Shown: positions 10,401-20,772, counted from the first letter of the whole stretch. The stretch is DNA of 63,640 nucleotides, filler included, from Myxococcota bacterium (GCA_023150835.1; 3 parts of 3 records of this genome joined end to end with filler, not necessarily neighbours in it); one strand, 5' to 3'. Numbers and translations: made by a program. Notes: generated by a model not told the origin, from the sequence alone.

Positions 10401-11979
10401 TGCGGCCTTTTCGCCCCCGCAAAGGCGTCGTGCGCTTGGCCGCTGCCTTCGGGTAGACCGAAGGAGCAGGCTTGACCTCTGCTCGCTTTTGGGACACGCG
10501 CTTCTCACGGACAGACAACGACCCGCCACCTTCCACACTCAACCCACGCCCGACACGCCCTTGTTCCGAGAGGACTGCCCCTTGCGATGACGACCCTCCT
10601 TGCGATGACGCCGATGAGGCCGAGATAACCGACCCTTCCGATGAGGCCAATCCTTCCGATGAGACCGTTCCTTCCGATGAGGCCGATGAGGCCGATGAGG
10701 CCGATGCCCCTGCCGCCTCTGAGAAGGCCGTCCCGCCCGATGCACCCACCTCCTCCAAGAAGGCCACCCCTTCCGAGAAAACGGGCGCTCCCGATGCAGT
10801 CGAGGCATCCGAACCCACCGACTCTTTTGTCAACGTGGGCTCGGCTGAACTCCCAAGCAAAAAGACGGACTGGTGTTCGATGCGGCAGACGCGGCGCAAG
10901 GAAGATTCGATCTCTTTGGTGGGCAAAAGGAAGTCTTCGGGCGGGAAAGCGAAGCGCCCTTCTGCGCAAAGGGCGGCATAACTTTCTTGCATGCGCTCGG
11001 TGTAGGCGCGAGCTTCGAGCAGGATATCGCGGGGTTCATCAAGGATCAGGAGAGTTTCTTTTGGCAGATACGAGAACAGACTCTCCAACTGCTCGTAAAA
11101 TCCGGGGATCATCCCTTGGCTGCCAAAAGGACGGACATCTTCGCGGATATCGTCAAGCAACTGACGCCACTCTCGCGTCGGATAATGCAGGATATCCGCT
11201 TGGGCAGCAAATCGCCGATTGGCCCAAGACAAGTTTTCAGGAGTTCGCAAAAGCTCATCCACAGGACCGACCAATAATTCTTCGGATTCGCAAACGGTAC
11301 GTTGCGTTGTCGGTTCAAAGTGGCGGATCGACATCACCAACTGATCGTCGAGTTCCACCCGCGCAGGGAAACGATACAACGGCGAAAAGATATCGACGAC
11401 CGCCCCACGCACCGAAAAAGTCCCGCGATCTTCGACGACAGGGACTCGCTGATACCCCGCTTGTACGAGATGATGCAGCAACTTGTCTCGTTCTAATTCT
11501 TCCGCAACCGCGATCAAGTCGGACGCACGACTCAATACAGGCTTCGGCAACACCCGCCGCAATAGCGCTGCCGCAGGCATCACCATCACAGGAAAGTGCC
11601 GATGCTGTAACTGAAGCAAGCCACACAAGCGGCTTTGAATCGCCCCACGATCCGGCATCATCTCGCTATAAGGTAAGATCTCATCGGCTGCGTAATAGCT
11701 CAAACGCGACAACGCCGCGTGCGGATCCTCTCCACAAAAAAACTGGATATCTTCGTAGATCTGATAAGCCCGTTGCGGTTCTGGAGCCACAACCACCACA
11801 GGACGGTCTGGAAACGCGGCCAACAGACGCGAAACCAACCACGCCAAAGCACCCCCTACCAACCCCGAAAGCGCGATCCGACTGGCTTCTCCGCGTACTC
11901 GCCCGATCAGTTCTTCTACACTACAACCGCCCCACGGCAGATCTTCCCCCAAGGCATGATAGATCTCTTGTCGCGTCAT
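7483..11979 (-). CDS. mfd: Transcription-repair coupling factor with large internal low-complexity insertion
   Basis: FSVRGAVVDIF, CarD-like RID (GDLVIHREHG), MDRLVCGDVGYGKTE, IVDEEQRFG, QLYQIRGRVGR, HDLEMRGAGNLLG, TRCF C-terminus; start placed at MTRQEIY. Confidence 0.97.
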   Translation of the reverse strand: MTRQEIYHALGEDLPWGGCSVEELIGRVRGEASRIALSGLVGGALAWLVSRLLAAFPDRPVVVVAPEPQRAYQIYEDIQFFCGEDPHAALSRLSYYAADEILPYSEMMPDRGAIQSRLCGLLQLQHRHFPVMVMPAAALLRRVLPKPVLSRASDLIAVAEELERDKLLHHLVQAGYQRVPVVEDRGTFSVRGAVVDIFSPLYRFPARVELDDQLVMSIRHFEPTTQRTVCESEELLVGPVDELLRTPENLSWANRRFAAQADILHYPTREWRQLLDDIREDVRPFGSQGMIPGFYEQLESLFSYLPKETLLILDEPRDILLEARAYTERMQESYAALCAEGRFAFPPEDFLLPTKEIESSLRRVCRIEHQSVFLLGSSAEPTLTKESVGSDASTASGAPVFSEGVAFLEEVGASGGTAFSEAAGASASSASSASSEGTVSSEGLASSEGSVISASSASSQGGSSSQGAVLSEQGRVGRGLSVEGGGSLSVREKRVSQKRAEVKPAPSVYPKAAAKRTTPLRGRKGRRKSTDEYGGLDEMGMDSSEGWEDSSSLLLDEWGDEIEEDGGGPRIGHRESAGEIAYGGRYGYTEIDTLTGSEGSVGGRLEVGEEYIEEGDDSDSSDEYEEWEEDTAVVRRASGSQEGVVSGQGGVTGPVVSVVMDEAQKQAERAAFLREARRQVGGVRFGDAGELLMPYVSLSQEGLKQLLRSIPASQEHRLQPLIERIKMWQAEGLVVVIACGTKGQALRLRELLELYAMSAQICEDGFSMESLFRRDAPRHLISIYLGRISEGFVFPRARLATLSEEEIFGPKARRSKTKKKGILLETELQSLQVGDLVIHREHGMARYGGLHAVQMEGVRGDFLLLEYHGSDRLYLPVTKLHLIERHTGGGDPPLDRLKSNTFEKKKTKARAAIQAIAGDLLKLYATRQLHSGEPIEISPELYAEFEARFPYEETPDQAQAIQDVLEDMRSPRCMDRLVCGDVGYGKTEVAIRAAFVAAFSGRQVAVLVPTTVLAQQHGATFMERFDGYPIKIAVLSRFQSEKDQKESLRLLGAGKIDVVIGTHRLLSRDVHFKNLGLLIVDEEQRFGVKHKERIKQFRSEVDVLTLTATPIPRTLEMSMVGARDLSLITTPPVDRLAIRTTVAPLSDEIVREAVMRELHRGGQVFFVHNRVEDIGKMQAWLHSIVPEARVIVAHGQMPEGDLERVMLDFVQGRYNILLCTSIIESGLDIPRANTILVNRADAFGLAQLYQIRGRVGRGRERAYAVLLVPPDARINPEAKQRLATLQRFTELGAGFEIARHDLEMRGAGNLLGKEQSGHIHAIGLELYMEMLQEAVAELQGKPVDAQIDPEVKLGIDAYLSDDYVPDIQLRLQCYRRLSTAVDTDELDQLSEEFVDRFGPLPRESERLFQSMEIRLLLKALFATSGELSGEKFRVFFHPQAPLDHERLLAEVQKKEPLFRLLPQGAIESIAALDKKDPFASIRSFLRPLPTLILRRPAS

Positions 11980-12244
11980 GAATTTTATCTCTCTGTTGGA
12001 CTGGCTACTGCGCTTTTGCGTAGGCTTGGCAGCGCACGAACCATAGGACGCCCCGATGATCGCTGTCAAGTCGAGCCTCCAGCGCACACCTGCCAAAACG
12101 CGGATTATCGGGAAAAAGCCTCCACATACGCAAGAGGCTCCTTGAAAAAGAAGCCACACCACGTCTATGATGCCGCGATGGTTCGGCATCCCCCGTACCC
12201 TTCGCGCTCGCTTTGTTCGACGACTCTTTGAAGGAGGTTTTTGA

Positions 12245-14308
12245 ATGCCCTCTGAACAAGCAGATATGGCCGCTGCACAGGCTCAACAATACGACCCACA
12301 GACGAGTGCCGATCCGCAGGCTGCCATGCAAGGCCCCGACCTTTCCGCTCTCTCTCCACAACAACAACAAGCCTACCAAGACGCCTTCCAACAGGCCATG
12401 GAAGCCCAACAGCTCTACGCCAAAGCCCAAGAAGATTACCTCCAAGCCCAACAGTCCGGCAACGAGCAACTCGCCCAAGAAGCCTACCAACAAGCCCTCA
12501 ACGCACAACAAATGTACGGGCAAGCCCACCAGATCTACCTCTCCATCCTCGAACAAGCCCAACAAGCCCAAGCCTACGCTGCTCCCCCTCAATCTGCTCC
12601 CCCTCCGCAGGAGGCTCCCCCCCCCTCGCTCTCGCCCCAAGTCCCCTCCGCTCCCCCTCAGCAAGGAAGCCAAGGCAATATGCCTTACGCACAGCCACTT
12701 CAGGGTTATCCGCCTCAGCCTCAGGGTTATCCGCCTCAGCCTCAGCCTCAGGGTTATCCGCCTCAGCCTCAGGGCTACCCGCCTCAGCCTCAGGGTTATC
12801 CGCCTCAGCCTCAGGGCTACCCGCCTCAGCCTCAGGGCTACCCGCCTCAGCCTCAGGGCTATCCGCCCCAGCCTCAGGGCTACCCGCCCCAACCTCAGGG
12901 CTACCCGCCCCAACCTCAGGGCTACCCGCCCCAACCTCAGGGCTACCCGCCCCAACCTCCGATGTACGGGGGAAGTCAAGGCAGTATGGATCAGATCCAA
13001 GCCCCGGGTTATACGCAGCAGCCAAGCTATCCACAGCCTCTGCCGACCGCCTCGCCCGAAGCTTCGGCTGCATGGGAAGAAGATCTCGATGCAGGAGCCT
13101 CCTCGAACTCCGAAGGTGGCGGAGGCAAGCTATTTTGGATCTTCGTACTCGCCGTGTTGGCGGTCGCTGGCTACGGCCTCTACACCCTGACCAAAGACGA
13201 CCGCCCCAAACCCGACTTGAGTAAGTTCGACAAACCCGCTGCACCTCCCCAAACCAAGCAAGATCTCGAACAGATCCGACGTTCTTTCTTGGGCCTTGAC
13301 AAAGAAAAACCCTCTCCCCACCTGCGTTCGCTCGTCTTCTCCAAAAAAGACGCCAAGTGGAATCGACTTGTCCTTTCAGGAAAAGGCGATTGTATGACGT
13401 TGTTTCTTAGTGACGGAAAAGACGTTTACTCTGGTGAAGGCGGTATTGATCCCAAAGAACCCAAGCTCCTGCGCCGCCCTTTCCCCGAAGAAGACTTCCC
13501 CATGAATATGGCCCCCTTCAATAGCCGCATCCTCGATTTCCAATTTGCGCAGGGCCTCTCGGGCACTTACCTGTTGATCCGTCACCGCATCGAAGGCCGC
13601 ATCTGGTTGGCCATCTACACTTTGTTGGGCAACCCTTTGGATGAAAAAGAAAAAGGCAAAAAGAAAAAAGACGATGTGACGTGCGGATCTTCGGGACATA
13701 CCCACGTCAAACGCGAACATGTGATCTTGCTTGGAACAGGAAGCTGCAAAAAAGCCGCAAAAGATCTGGAGATCAAAACGCATCTTTGCAAAGAAGATAT
13801 CGATATCCCCGAAAAAGGGAGCGTCTTTTTTTTCCAAAGTGGAAAAGCCTATCCGCCCGAAGGCTCCGTCATCATCGGCTCGACGCGACTCGATCTCGGC
13901 CCGAAGCGTTTCGCCGCAGAAGCCAACGAGCGCGGCTTTGCCTCCCGCCTTACCGTCTCGACGCCCCCTTCACCTGATCGCAAAGGCAAGCGATGGATCG
14001 CCCTCGATCAAAGCACCGGGGTCTTGTGGGCTTTTGACAAAAAACTCCGTCAATCTAGCCTCAGCGGCCCTCTGCCCACCTCCGCAAGCAAAGCACTCGC
14101 CGCCCATCTCGAAAAAAACACCCTTCGCGTGGTCTTCCCCACCAAATTGATCCGCTTTTCTTTGAAAGGAAAGCAACTCACCGAAGACAAGAGCTTCGAC
14201 TTTGGCGAAAAGCTCCAGATCCACTACGCCAGTTGGGGCAACGAAGGCAAGATCCTGCTGTTTGCTACAGAAAAAAGCTCCATCTTCCAATACGACGAAT
14301 CTCCATAA
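12245..14308 (+). CDS. Gln/Pro-rich single-pass membrane protein with extracytoplasmic beta-rich domain
   Basis: AAGGAGG RBS; Gln/Ala helical N-terminus, (QGYPPQP)n, [21 protein letters not shown], ~370-aa globular C-terminus. Confidence 0.8.
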   Translation: MPSEQADMAAAQAQQYDPQTSADPQAAMQGPDLSALSPQQQQAYQDAFQQAMEAQQLYAKAQEDYLQAQQSGNEQLAQEAYQQALNAQQMYGQAHQIYLSILEQAQQAQAYAAPPQSAPPPQEAPPPSLSPQVPSAPPQQGSQGNMPYAQPLQGYPPQPQGYPPQPQPQGYPPQPQGYPPQPQGYPPQPQGYPPQPQGYPPQPQGYPPQPQGYPPQPQGYPPQPQGYPPQPQGYPPQPPMYGGSQGSMDQIQAPGYTQQPSYPQPLPTASPEASAAWEEDLDAGASSNSEGGGGKLFWIFVLAVLAVAGYGLYTLTKDDRPKPDLSKFDKPAAPPQTKQDLEQIRRSFLGLDKEKPSPHLRSLVFSKKDAKWNRLVLSGKGDCMTLFLSDGKDVYSGEGGIDPKEPKLLRRPFPEEDFPMNMAPFNSRILDFQFAQGLSGTYLLIRHRIEGRIWLAIYTLLGNPLDEKEKGKKKKDDVTCGSSGHTHVKREHVILLGTGSCKKAAKDLEIKTHLCKEDIDIPEKGSVFFFQSGKAYPPEGSVIIGSTRLDLGPKRFAAEANERGFASRLTVSTPPSPDRKGKRWIALDQSTGVLWAFDKKLRQSSLSGPLPTSASKALAAHLEKNTLRVVFPTKLIRFSLKGKQLTEDKSFDFGEKLQIHYASWGNEGKILLFATEKSSIFQYDESP
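12701..12958 (+). repeat. 21-bp coding tandem repeat, 12 units (QGYPPQP)
   Basis: CAGGGYTAYCCGCCYCARCCT repeated, one unit with an extra 6 bp. Confidence 0.95.
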
Positions 14309-14446
14309 CCTCGTAGCAACTGGCTTTTTCGCATACAACGCTCCACCACAGCCCCGCTGCTGCTCTCCCGCCCTCAACCACGGAGCATCGCAAGCCATCC
14401 TGTCGCATCACAACCCACACCCCACGCAAACAAACGGCTCACACAG

Positions 14447-17400
14447 GTGTTGCAGATGACACAACAGCCCCCTCTCTCCGCCGAAATCGACCTCGCCTCT
14501 CTCGAATCTCACGCCCGCTGGGCTCATCTGCTCTCGCACATCCCTGTCCTCTTACAGTCCATCCATCGACACGGACTTCAAAACCCCGAATCATGGGCAG
14601 AGATCATCCAAACACTCATCCCACACAGCCTTGCCGCGATGCTCTACCCCCATCACATCGCCCTCTGGACCTATCGCCCCCACCCAACACACCAAACCCT
14701 CCCTCTCTCTTTGCCTTCTCAAGACGTTTTCGCCTCCATACAAACCCTTTCTCACTCCCAACTCCCCCAACCTCTGCAACAAGCCCTGACAAAAATCACC
14801 CACCCTTTCCCCTCCGATATCCTCTGCGTACCCATCTCTCTTCTCCATCAGCGCATCGGAACCCTGTTGTGGTGGTTTTCCACACCACCCTCACCCCAAC
14901 AACAACACGCTGCCGTCTTGCTTTCCGAACAACTGTCTCCTCACCTTGCCCTCGCCCCCTTGTTGTCCTCTCCATCCGACGAGCCACTCCTTCAAACCTT
15001 TCTTCGTTCCGAAACGCTACGCGAAACCACCCCTTCTATCCGACAACTCAGCACCACCTCGGAGCCTCTTCTCGCTCCTCCCTCCACTTCCCACAATCCC
15101 CTTCCCAACGAACAACACCACCCACGCACAAAAACCACACACACACAAAAGCCACTCCACGCCCCACTCCCCCCTACAGAAAAAGAGACACACGCGATCG
15201 ACAACCTCTTTCCAAACAGCGATGATCTCTTCTTTCCCAACGACGACGATATCTTGTTCCCCAACGATCTCGAACCAACCTTGCCCGCCGCCCAACCCGC
15301 CGACCTTTCACCCACTCCAACAACTCCAACCTCGGCAGAAGAAAACCAACGCCTGCGTTCCGCCCTCGACGAAGCTCTGCGCACCGTCTCTCGCCTTCAA
15401 TCCACCTTGCATCAAGCCACCCAACTCGGCGAGGCACAAAGACAACAGCTTGTCGAATTGGCTCGCCTCAGCCTTGAGATGCACGAGCAGATCCGCGAAC
15501 TCCAAACCCAACGACGCCTCCAAACCCCCGAACCCTTTACACAACTCAACCAAGCCATCACACAACTACTGCCCAAACTCCAACGCTCTCTCGCCCAACT
15601 CGAAGAACATTACCAACACCTCGCAGAAACCCACCCCCAAGAAAGCCACGCCACTTACCAACTCACCAGCACCAGCCGCGCCTTGCTCAATTATCTCGCT
15701 CAGTGGTCTGATTACAATCGCTGCCTTCTCGGCCAGATCCAACCCAAGATCGCCGCTTTTTCGATCACCAGCTTGCTCGAACAACTCAAGCGCTCTTTTC
15801 GACCCCAACTCGAACACAAAGCCATCGTCTGGCGTTGGGAACTCCACCCACCCTCCCTCCCTGCCCTCGAAGGTGACGAAGAGATCGTCTCTTCCCTACT
15901 TTCATTGATCGTTGGCTACGCCATCGATCAATGCCCCCTACAAGGGCGCATCCAACTCACCCTTCAAAGCGATCAAACGGCCCCTCCTTCTTCGCTCCAG
16001 ATGCGCTTTGAATACCCCCACGTCTTCCTCGAAAACGCAGACCTCCAACGCCTTCTTGAACCCTTTGAAGAGCAAGCCCAACCCGTCTTTGTTCCCCGTT
16101 TGTCCCTCGCCCTCGCCAAACAACTCAGCCGCCTTCATCAAGGCCACCTCGCCCTCCAGTACAAAGACAAGCACCTCGTTGTTCTCTTGCGCTTGCCGAT
16201 CCAACTCCCCAAACGCGCCAAAGATGATCCACGCCCCGCCCTCGGCGTCACTCGCGAGCTCCCTTTGCTCCCAAGCTTCCCCAAACAATGGCGGCTTCCC
16301 TTCGCCGAACAACTCCAACATCTCTCGCCCCCCTACACCGACTCTCCCCCTCTGCCAACCGACTCCCCACACCTTTCTGCCGCCCCTTCCGTTGAAATAA
16401 AACATCCCCATCCCGCCGCCCATTCCGCCGAGATGCAACGCCACCACTCTTCCGCCGAGACACAACAACCCCTTCCTGCCGCACCTTCCGCCGAGACACA
16501 ACAACCCCTTCCTGCCGCACCTTCCGCCGAGACACACCCCCCTCATCCTGCCGCACCTTCCGCCGAGATATCTTCTGCTCTACGAAAGGCCTCCGCATCC
16601 GTCCAAACAGCACCTACCCAAACCACACAACGCTCCTCGCACGCCCCTTCCTTCGACACGCTCCCGCCCTCTAGTTCTGCGCGATCCGCCTCTCCTCTAC
16701 ACTCACCCTACGCTCCATCGACAAAACTCCATGCTTCCGACCTCTTCACCGATACCTCGCGACACTCGCCCTACAGTCCATCAGCAAAGCCCCATGCCTC
16801 CGGCCTCTCCGCCGACACCTCCGAACCAGAGATCGAATTTATCGAACTCACCCCCACCCACGCCCCCCACGATCTCGCTATCGCTCCCCCCATCCATCCG
16901 CCCTATGGTAGCAACCCAAGCTCCACCTTTGGACAACTCGACACGCTCGCCAAACAATTCCCCCTCTACCCCATGCAAGGCCCTTCTCTTCCCGTCTCCG
17001 AAGACAAACACGCTTCCCGCACGCTCTCCGCTCACCCAAAACCCACCCCCACCGCCCTTGTCTACGGAACCGCCAGTGGCGCGGGCGAAGAACCTCAACT
17101 CCTCGACGGCTTCCAATTCCTCCAATTGGAAAATCACCTCTTCCCCACCCTCGAAGAACTCGCCCATCAAGCCCAATTCCGCCCTCCACGCTTGATCCTC
17201 TTTGGACCTGACGATCAGCAGGCCCCCCAACTCAAAACCCTGCGCACGCGCATCGAAGACAACGTCCGCATCCACGTCCCCATGCTCGAAAAACAAGGTA
17301 GCATCGACTTTTATCGCTTTCATTGGAGCCACTACCGCAGCCTTCCCTTTAGCGCCACTCACCTGCTCCAATGGCTCCAATCTGTCCGCATCGCCCGACC

Positions 17401-17731
17401 CCGCCAAGAAAAACAACTCCTTGTCACCGGCCCAAGCACCCTGTGGGGCGAAACCGCGCCTTTGCTCCAGTTTCTCTGCGGGCCCCGCTATCGCATCCAC
17501 CTCGAAGCCAACCCACACACTTGCGCCAAAACCCTCCACCGCAATCCTCCCGACCTTTTGCTCGCTCAGATCGATCAAAATGATCCCGCATGGCAAGAAT
17601 TTTTCCAAGAACTCCAGCAAGCCATCCATCTACCCACCCCTCCCCTCCTGATCTTTGCCCTCACGCAACTCTCCCAAGAACTTAACCTCTTGCTCCAGCC
17701 CTTCCAACAACTCTTGTTCCTACCCGCCTAA
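14447..17731 (+). CDS. Degenerate hybrid histidine-kinase-like protein (GAF-like, coiled coil, HATPase-like, receiver-like)
   Basis: FSITSLLEQL..F.PQLEHKAI..LEGDEEIVSSLLSLIVGYAIDQC..LLEPF..LSLALAKQLSRLHQGHL follows the HK scaffold; C-terminal PPDLLLAQ receiver-like; start may be 14456. Confidence 0.6.
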   Translation: MLQMTQQPPLSAEIDLASLESHARWAHLLSHIPVLLQSIHRHGLQNPESWAEIIQTLIPHSLAAMLYPHHIALWTYRPHPTHQTLPLSLPSQDVFASIQTLSHSQLPQPLQQALTKITHPFPSDILCVPISLLHQRIGTLLWWFSTPPSPQQQHAAVLLSEQLSPHLALAPLLSSPSDEPLLQTFLRSETLRETTPSIRQLSTTSEPLLAPPSTSHNPLPNEQHHPRTKTTHTQKPLHAPLPPTEKETHAIDNLFPNSDDLFFPNDDDILFPNDLEPTLPAAQPADLSPTPTTPTSAEENQRLRSALDEALRTVSRLQSTLHQATQLGEAQRQQLVELARLSLEMHEQIRELQTQRRLQTPEPFTQLNQAITQLLPKLQRSLAQLEEHYQHLAETHPQESHATYQLTSTSRALLNYLAQWSDYNRCLLGQIQPKIAAFSITSLLEQLKRSFRPQLEHKAIVWRWELHPPSLPALEGDEEIVSSLLSLIVGYAIDQCPLQGRIQLTLQSDQTAPPSSLQMRFEYPHVFLENADLQRLLEPFEEQAQPVFVPRLSLALAKQLSRLHQGHLALQYKDKHLVVLLRLPIQLPKRAKDDPRPALGVTRELPLLPSFPKQWRLPFAEQLQHLSPPYTDSPPLPTDSPHLSAAPSVEIKHPHPAAHSAEMQRHHSSAETQQPLPAAPSAETQQPLPAAPSAETHPPHPAAPSAEISSALRKASASVQTAPTQTTQRSSHAPSFDTLPPSSSARSASPLHSPYAPSTKLHASDLFTDTSRHSPYSPSAKPHASGLSADTSEPEIEFIELTPTHAPHDLAIAPPIHPPYGSNPSSTFGQLDTLAKQFPLYPMQGPSLPVSEDKHASRTLSAHPKPTPTALVYGTASGAGEEPQLLDGFQFLQLENHLFPTLEELAHQAQFRPPRLILFGPDDQQAPQLKTLRTRIEDNVRIHVPMLEKQGSIDFYRFHWSHYRSLPFSATHLLQWLQSVRIARPRQEKQLLVTGPSTLWGETAPLLQFLCGPRYRIHLEANPHTCAKTLHRNPPDLLLAQIDQNDPAWQEFFQELQQAIHLPTPPLLIFALTQLSQELNLLLQPFQQLLFLPA

Positions 17732-17929
17732 TCCACCGCCCCGTTAGCGACTCCCCCTCCGCCAGAGGACTCCCAACAACGCGACCAGCCCGCTTTTTTC
17801 ATCGCGTGCTCTCTCCTTCTCGCGATGGTTGCGTCTTCCACTCCCTTGACTTTTGTGCTACCGCATACCGCCAGAGAACGCGCATCCGATCCAAGCGCGT
17901 ATCTGGGCGTCTTCTCCTTGGAGGAAAGT

Positions 17930-20155
17930 GTGGAAACCCTTGGTAAATATCGCCTGCTGCGCCGTGTCGCGGTCGGTGGAATGGCGGAGATCTTTCTTGC
18001 TGAACAACCCGGACCTGCGGGCTTTTCCCGACGTGTCGCCATCAAACGCATCCTACCTCACCGTGCCGATGATGCCGAATTTGTCGAGATGTTCCTCAAT
18101 GAAGCCCGACTCGCCGCGATGCTCAACCACCCCAACATCGTCCAAATCTACGATCTCGGCCAGATCGGCCAAACCTACTTCATCGCGATGGAGTTTGTCG
18201 AAGGCTACGATCTCGGCCAGATCCTCGACCAGATCGAAAACAAAGGCGAAAAAACACCTCCGCTCTACGCCGCCCATATCATCGGACAAGCCGCTGCTGG
18301 ACTCCATTACGCCCATCAATACCTCGACCCCCAAACCAACACCCCTCTCGGTTTGATCCACCGCGATATCAGCCTCCCCAATATCATGGTCTCCAACGAA
18401 GGCATCGCCAAAGTTCTTGACTTTGGTATCGCAAAAGCCCGCATATCCGGTGAAGAAGCCCGAAAACAAACTCAAACGGGTGTCCTCAAAGGCAAGATCT
18501 CTTATATGTCGCCCGAATATCTAATGGGCGATCCCATCGATTGGCGACACGATATCTTTGCTCTCGGTGTCGTCTTCTACGAACTCGTCACGGGACAAAA
18601 GCCCTTCAAAGCACGCGGCGATGTCCAGATGCTCCAAGCCATCCTCACCCAAGAACCCACCGATCCTCGCGAATACCATTCCTCTCTCCCTGCTCCCCTG
18701 ATCCCCATCATGATGCGCCTGCTCGCCAAAGAACCCAACCAACGCTTCCAACACGGCGCAGAACTCGAACACGCCATCGAACAATGTATCCTCGCTTGCA
18801 CAGGCGGCGAGATATCCCAATTCTACCTCTCCGAATTCTTACGCACACTCTTCTCGGACGCACCCACCCACGCCCCCGAACCCACCCGCTCCATCCCACC
18901 TAGCGCACTCTCCCCCCAACGCACCGCCTCCCCGACCAGCAACGCTCCCGCATTTCGCACCACTTCTCCCACCGGCAACGCTCCCGCATTTCGCACCACC
19001 TCCCCCACAGGCGAATTTACGCCCCTCCCCGATCCACAATCTCCTCTCAAATCAAGCACCTCTTCCCCCAATCCTCGCAACAATCCTTGGGCCGAAGAAA
19101 CCCGATCTATCGATATCGGCCAACTCAACGCCGCCAAGATCAGCCAGATCGGTGCCTCCAAAGGCCCTCTCCATCTCCCCGAACCTACTCCCACCGCCGC
19201 TTTGATCTTGCGCCCCGATCAAAACCTCAAATCCATGTCCCTCCAAGAGATCGCCGCCCTTCAACCCGGACCCAAAGCCCCCCTCACCCCCATCCCTGTC
19301 GATCCCAAAGAACCCACCCCTCCGCATGCCATCCCTGCCATCCCTCCTCCCAAAGAGCTTCCCACTTGGATCTACATCGTCCTACCTTTTCTGATCGTCC
19401 TCTTGATCGGCTTGGTCTTCATCCTCTGGCGTCTGCGCGCACAACGCACCGCACCGCCCACTCCACCACCCATCCAAGCCCAAGCCCCCGATGCTGGAAC
19501 CACCACACCTCCCATCCTCCCCGCTCGGCGCGTCGATCCCCCCACCCGCCCCACGCCTCCCATCATCCCGCAACCCAGATCTCCTGACGCCGGAACCACC
19601 GCGCCGATCACACAACCCGATACACTCCCCGATATCTCGCCTTCTTCTGATCCGCAGATCGAGATCGGCGAAGCCAGTCCCCTCCCCGAAGCCGATCCAA
19701 CCCCACCCGAAACCACCCCACCCACCGGCAACGCCTCGCTCCTGCTCTCCGCCTCTCGGCCTTGCCCCTGCAAACTCTACATCCGCGAACAAGCCTACAC
19801 CATCTCCGGAAAACCCACCCCGATCTCCCTCGAAGAAGGACCGCACAACCTGATCTTGCGGCGTTCCAAACCCCACATACACCTGCCTTTTCGCATCCAA
19901 ATCAAAAAAGGCGAAACCCTTCGCAAGCATCTCCAGATCCGCGAAGGATACCTCTCCGTCACCGTCACTCCGTGGAGTTCCAAAGTCTTCCTCAACAAAG
20001 ACTACATCGGCACCACCCCACTCCGACCGATCCGCCTCTACCAAGGCGTCCACCAACTCCGCATCGACAACATCGAACACCTTAATCGGCCCATCACAAA
20101 AACCATCTTCATCCGACCCCATACCCAACTCCCCATCCGTATCCGTATCCGCTAA
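17930..20155 (+). CDS. Ser/Thr protein kinase with TM segment and C-terminal PEGA domains
   Basis: GGAGG RBS then GTG; GKYRLLRRVAVGGMAEIF, VAIK, HRDISLPN, DFG, KGKISYMSPE; C-terminal VTPWSSKVFLN..IGTTPL. Confidence 0.93.
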   Translation: METLGKYRLLRRVAVGGMAEIFLAEQPGPAGFSRRVAIKRILPHRADDAEFVEMFLNEARLAAMLNHPNIVQIYDLGQIGQTYFIAMEFVEGYDLGQILDQIENKGEKTPPLYAAHIIGQAAAGLHYAHQYLDPQTNTPLGLIHRDISLPNIMVSNEGIAKVLDFGIAKARISGEEARKQTQTGVLKGKISYMSPEYLMGDPIDWRHDIFALGVVFYELVTGQKPFKARGDVQMLQAILTQEPTDPREYHSSLPAPLIPIMMRLLAKEPNQRFQHGAELEHAIEQCILACTGGEISQFYLSEFLRTLFSDAPTHAPEPTRSIPPSALSPQRTASPTSNAPAFRTTSPTGNAPAFRTTSPTGEFTPLPDPQSPLKSSTSSPNPRNNPWAEETRSIDIGQLNAAKISQIGASKGPLHLPEPTPTAALILRPDQNLKSMSLQEIAALQPGPKAPLTPIPVDPKEPTPPHAIPAIPPPKELPTWIYIVLPFLIVLLIGLVFILWRLRAQRTAPPTPPPIQAQAPDAGTTTPPILPARRVDPPTRPTPPIIPQPRSPDAGTTAPITQPDTLPDISPSSDPQIEIGEASPLPEADPTPPETTPPTGNASLLLSASRPCPCKLYIREQAYTISGKPTPISLEEGPHNLILRRSKPHIHLPFRIQIKKGETLRKHLQIREGYLSVTVTPWSSKVFLNKDYIGTTPLRPIRLYQGVHQLRIDNIEHLNRPITKTIFIRPHTQLPIRIRIR

Positions 20156-20218
20156 TCCCCCCTCCTCTTCTTCCTTTTTTCCGCAACCGATAGAACTTGT
20201 GCAGTTTCCGTGTTTTGT

Positions 20219-20414
20219 GGGGCACCGCCCCATACGCGTTAGGTTAAGCGCTTGTTGGCCCCCCCACCCCAGCCCTCCCCCGTGAACAGGGGAGGGAGCG
20301 AAAGTCGGAAGCATCGGGGATTTTGTTTTTTCATGACGCACGCTGTATGCACGAAATGCAGACGCTGCCCGTTCCAACTTCCCCCCGTTCACGGGGGGAT
20401 TGAGGGGGGGAGAA
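20219..20414. repeat. Partial copy of dispersed REP/MITE-like element at contig end
   Basis: Reverse complement match to ~40715-40911; last ~60 bp repeat positions 1-60. Confidence 0.9.
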
Positions 20415-20514
20415 NNNNNNNNNNNNNNNNNNNNNNNNNNNNNNNNNNNNNNNNNNNNTTAATTAATTAANNNNNNNNNNNNNNNNNNNNNNNNNNNNNN
20501 NNNNNNNNNNNNNN
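20415..20514. other. Artificial contig-joining linker
   Basis: N run flanking TTAATTAATTAA (stops in all frames). Confidence 0.98.
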
Positions 20515-20639
20515 GATCCTTCGGTGTGAAACACGCCAAGAGGCGGACGGTTTTGAGCAGCGGTTATACCAGCCCTTCTGTGGGGGCTTTGCGCGTTATC
20601 TGGCATCAGAGATCGCGTATGGCGGCGGGAAAAACAGAA

Positions 20640-20747
20640 CGAGCTAGATCAGAGGCAACACAACGAAAGAGAGGATGGGAGGGAGTCGAACGACGAGCTA
20701 GATCAGAGGCAACACAACGAAAGGGAGGATGGGAGGGAGTCGAACGG
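20640..20747. repeat. 54-bp tandem duplication
   Basis: CGAGCTAGATCAGAGGCAACACAACGAAAG(A/G)GAGGATGGGAGGGAGTCGAACG twice, starting at 20640 and 20694. Confidence 0.9.
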
Positions 20748-20772
20748 CGAGAGGGCGGGAGGGGGGGACAGA

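Noticed and set aside
9920-10855. Intein in Mfd
   Set aside because: No N-terminal Cys/Ser block, no HN-C/S/T end and no LAGLIDADG motif; low-complexity sequence
12005-13244. Arg/Leu- or SPEAG-repeat ORFs in alternative frames
   Set aside because: Shadows of the 21-bp repeat in the real + strand gene, which has a strong RBS
1-20414. Contig 1 as a circular or excisable element because both ends carry the same sequence
   Set aside because: The shared sequence is a dispersed repeat also found at ~40700, and the contig carries the core gene mfd with no integrase or replication genes
20415-20514. TTAATTAATTAA palindrome within Ns (also 40384-40483)
   Set aside because: Artificial contig linker
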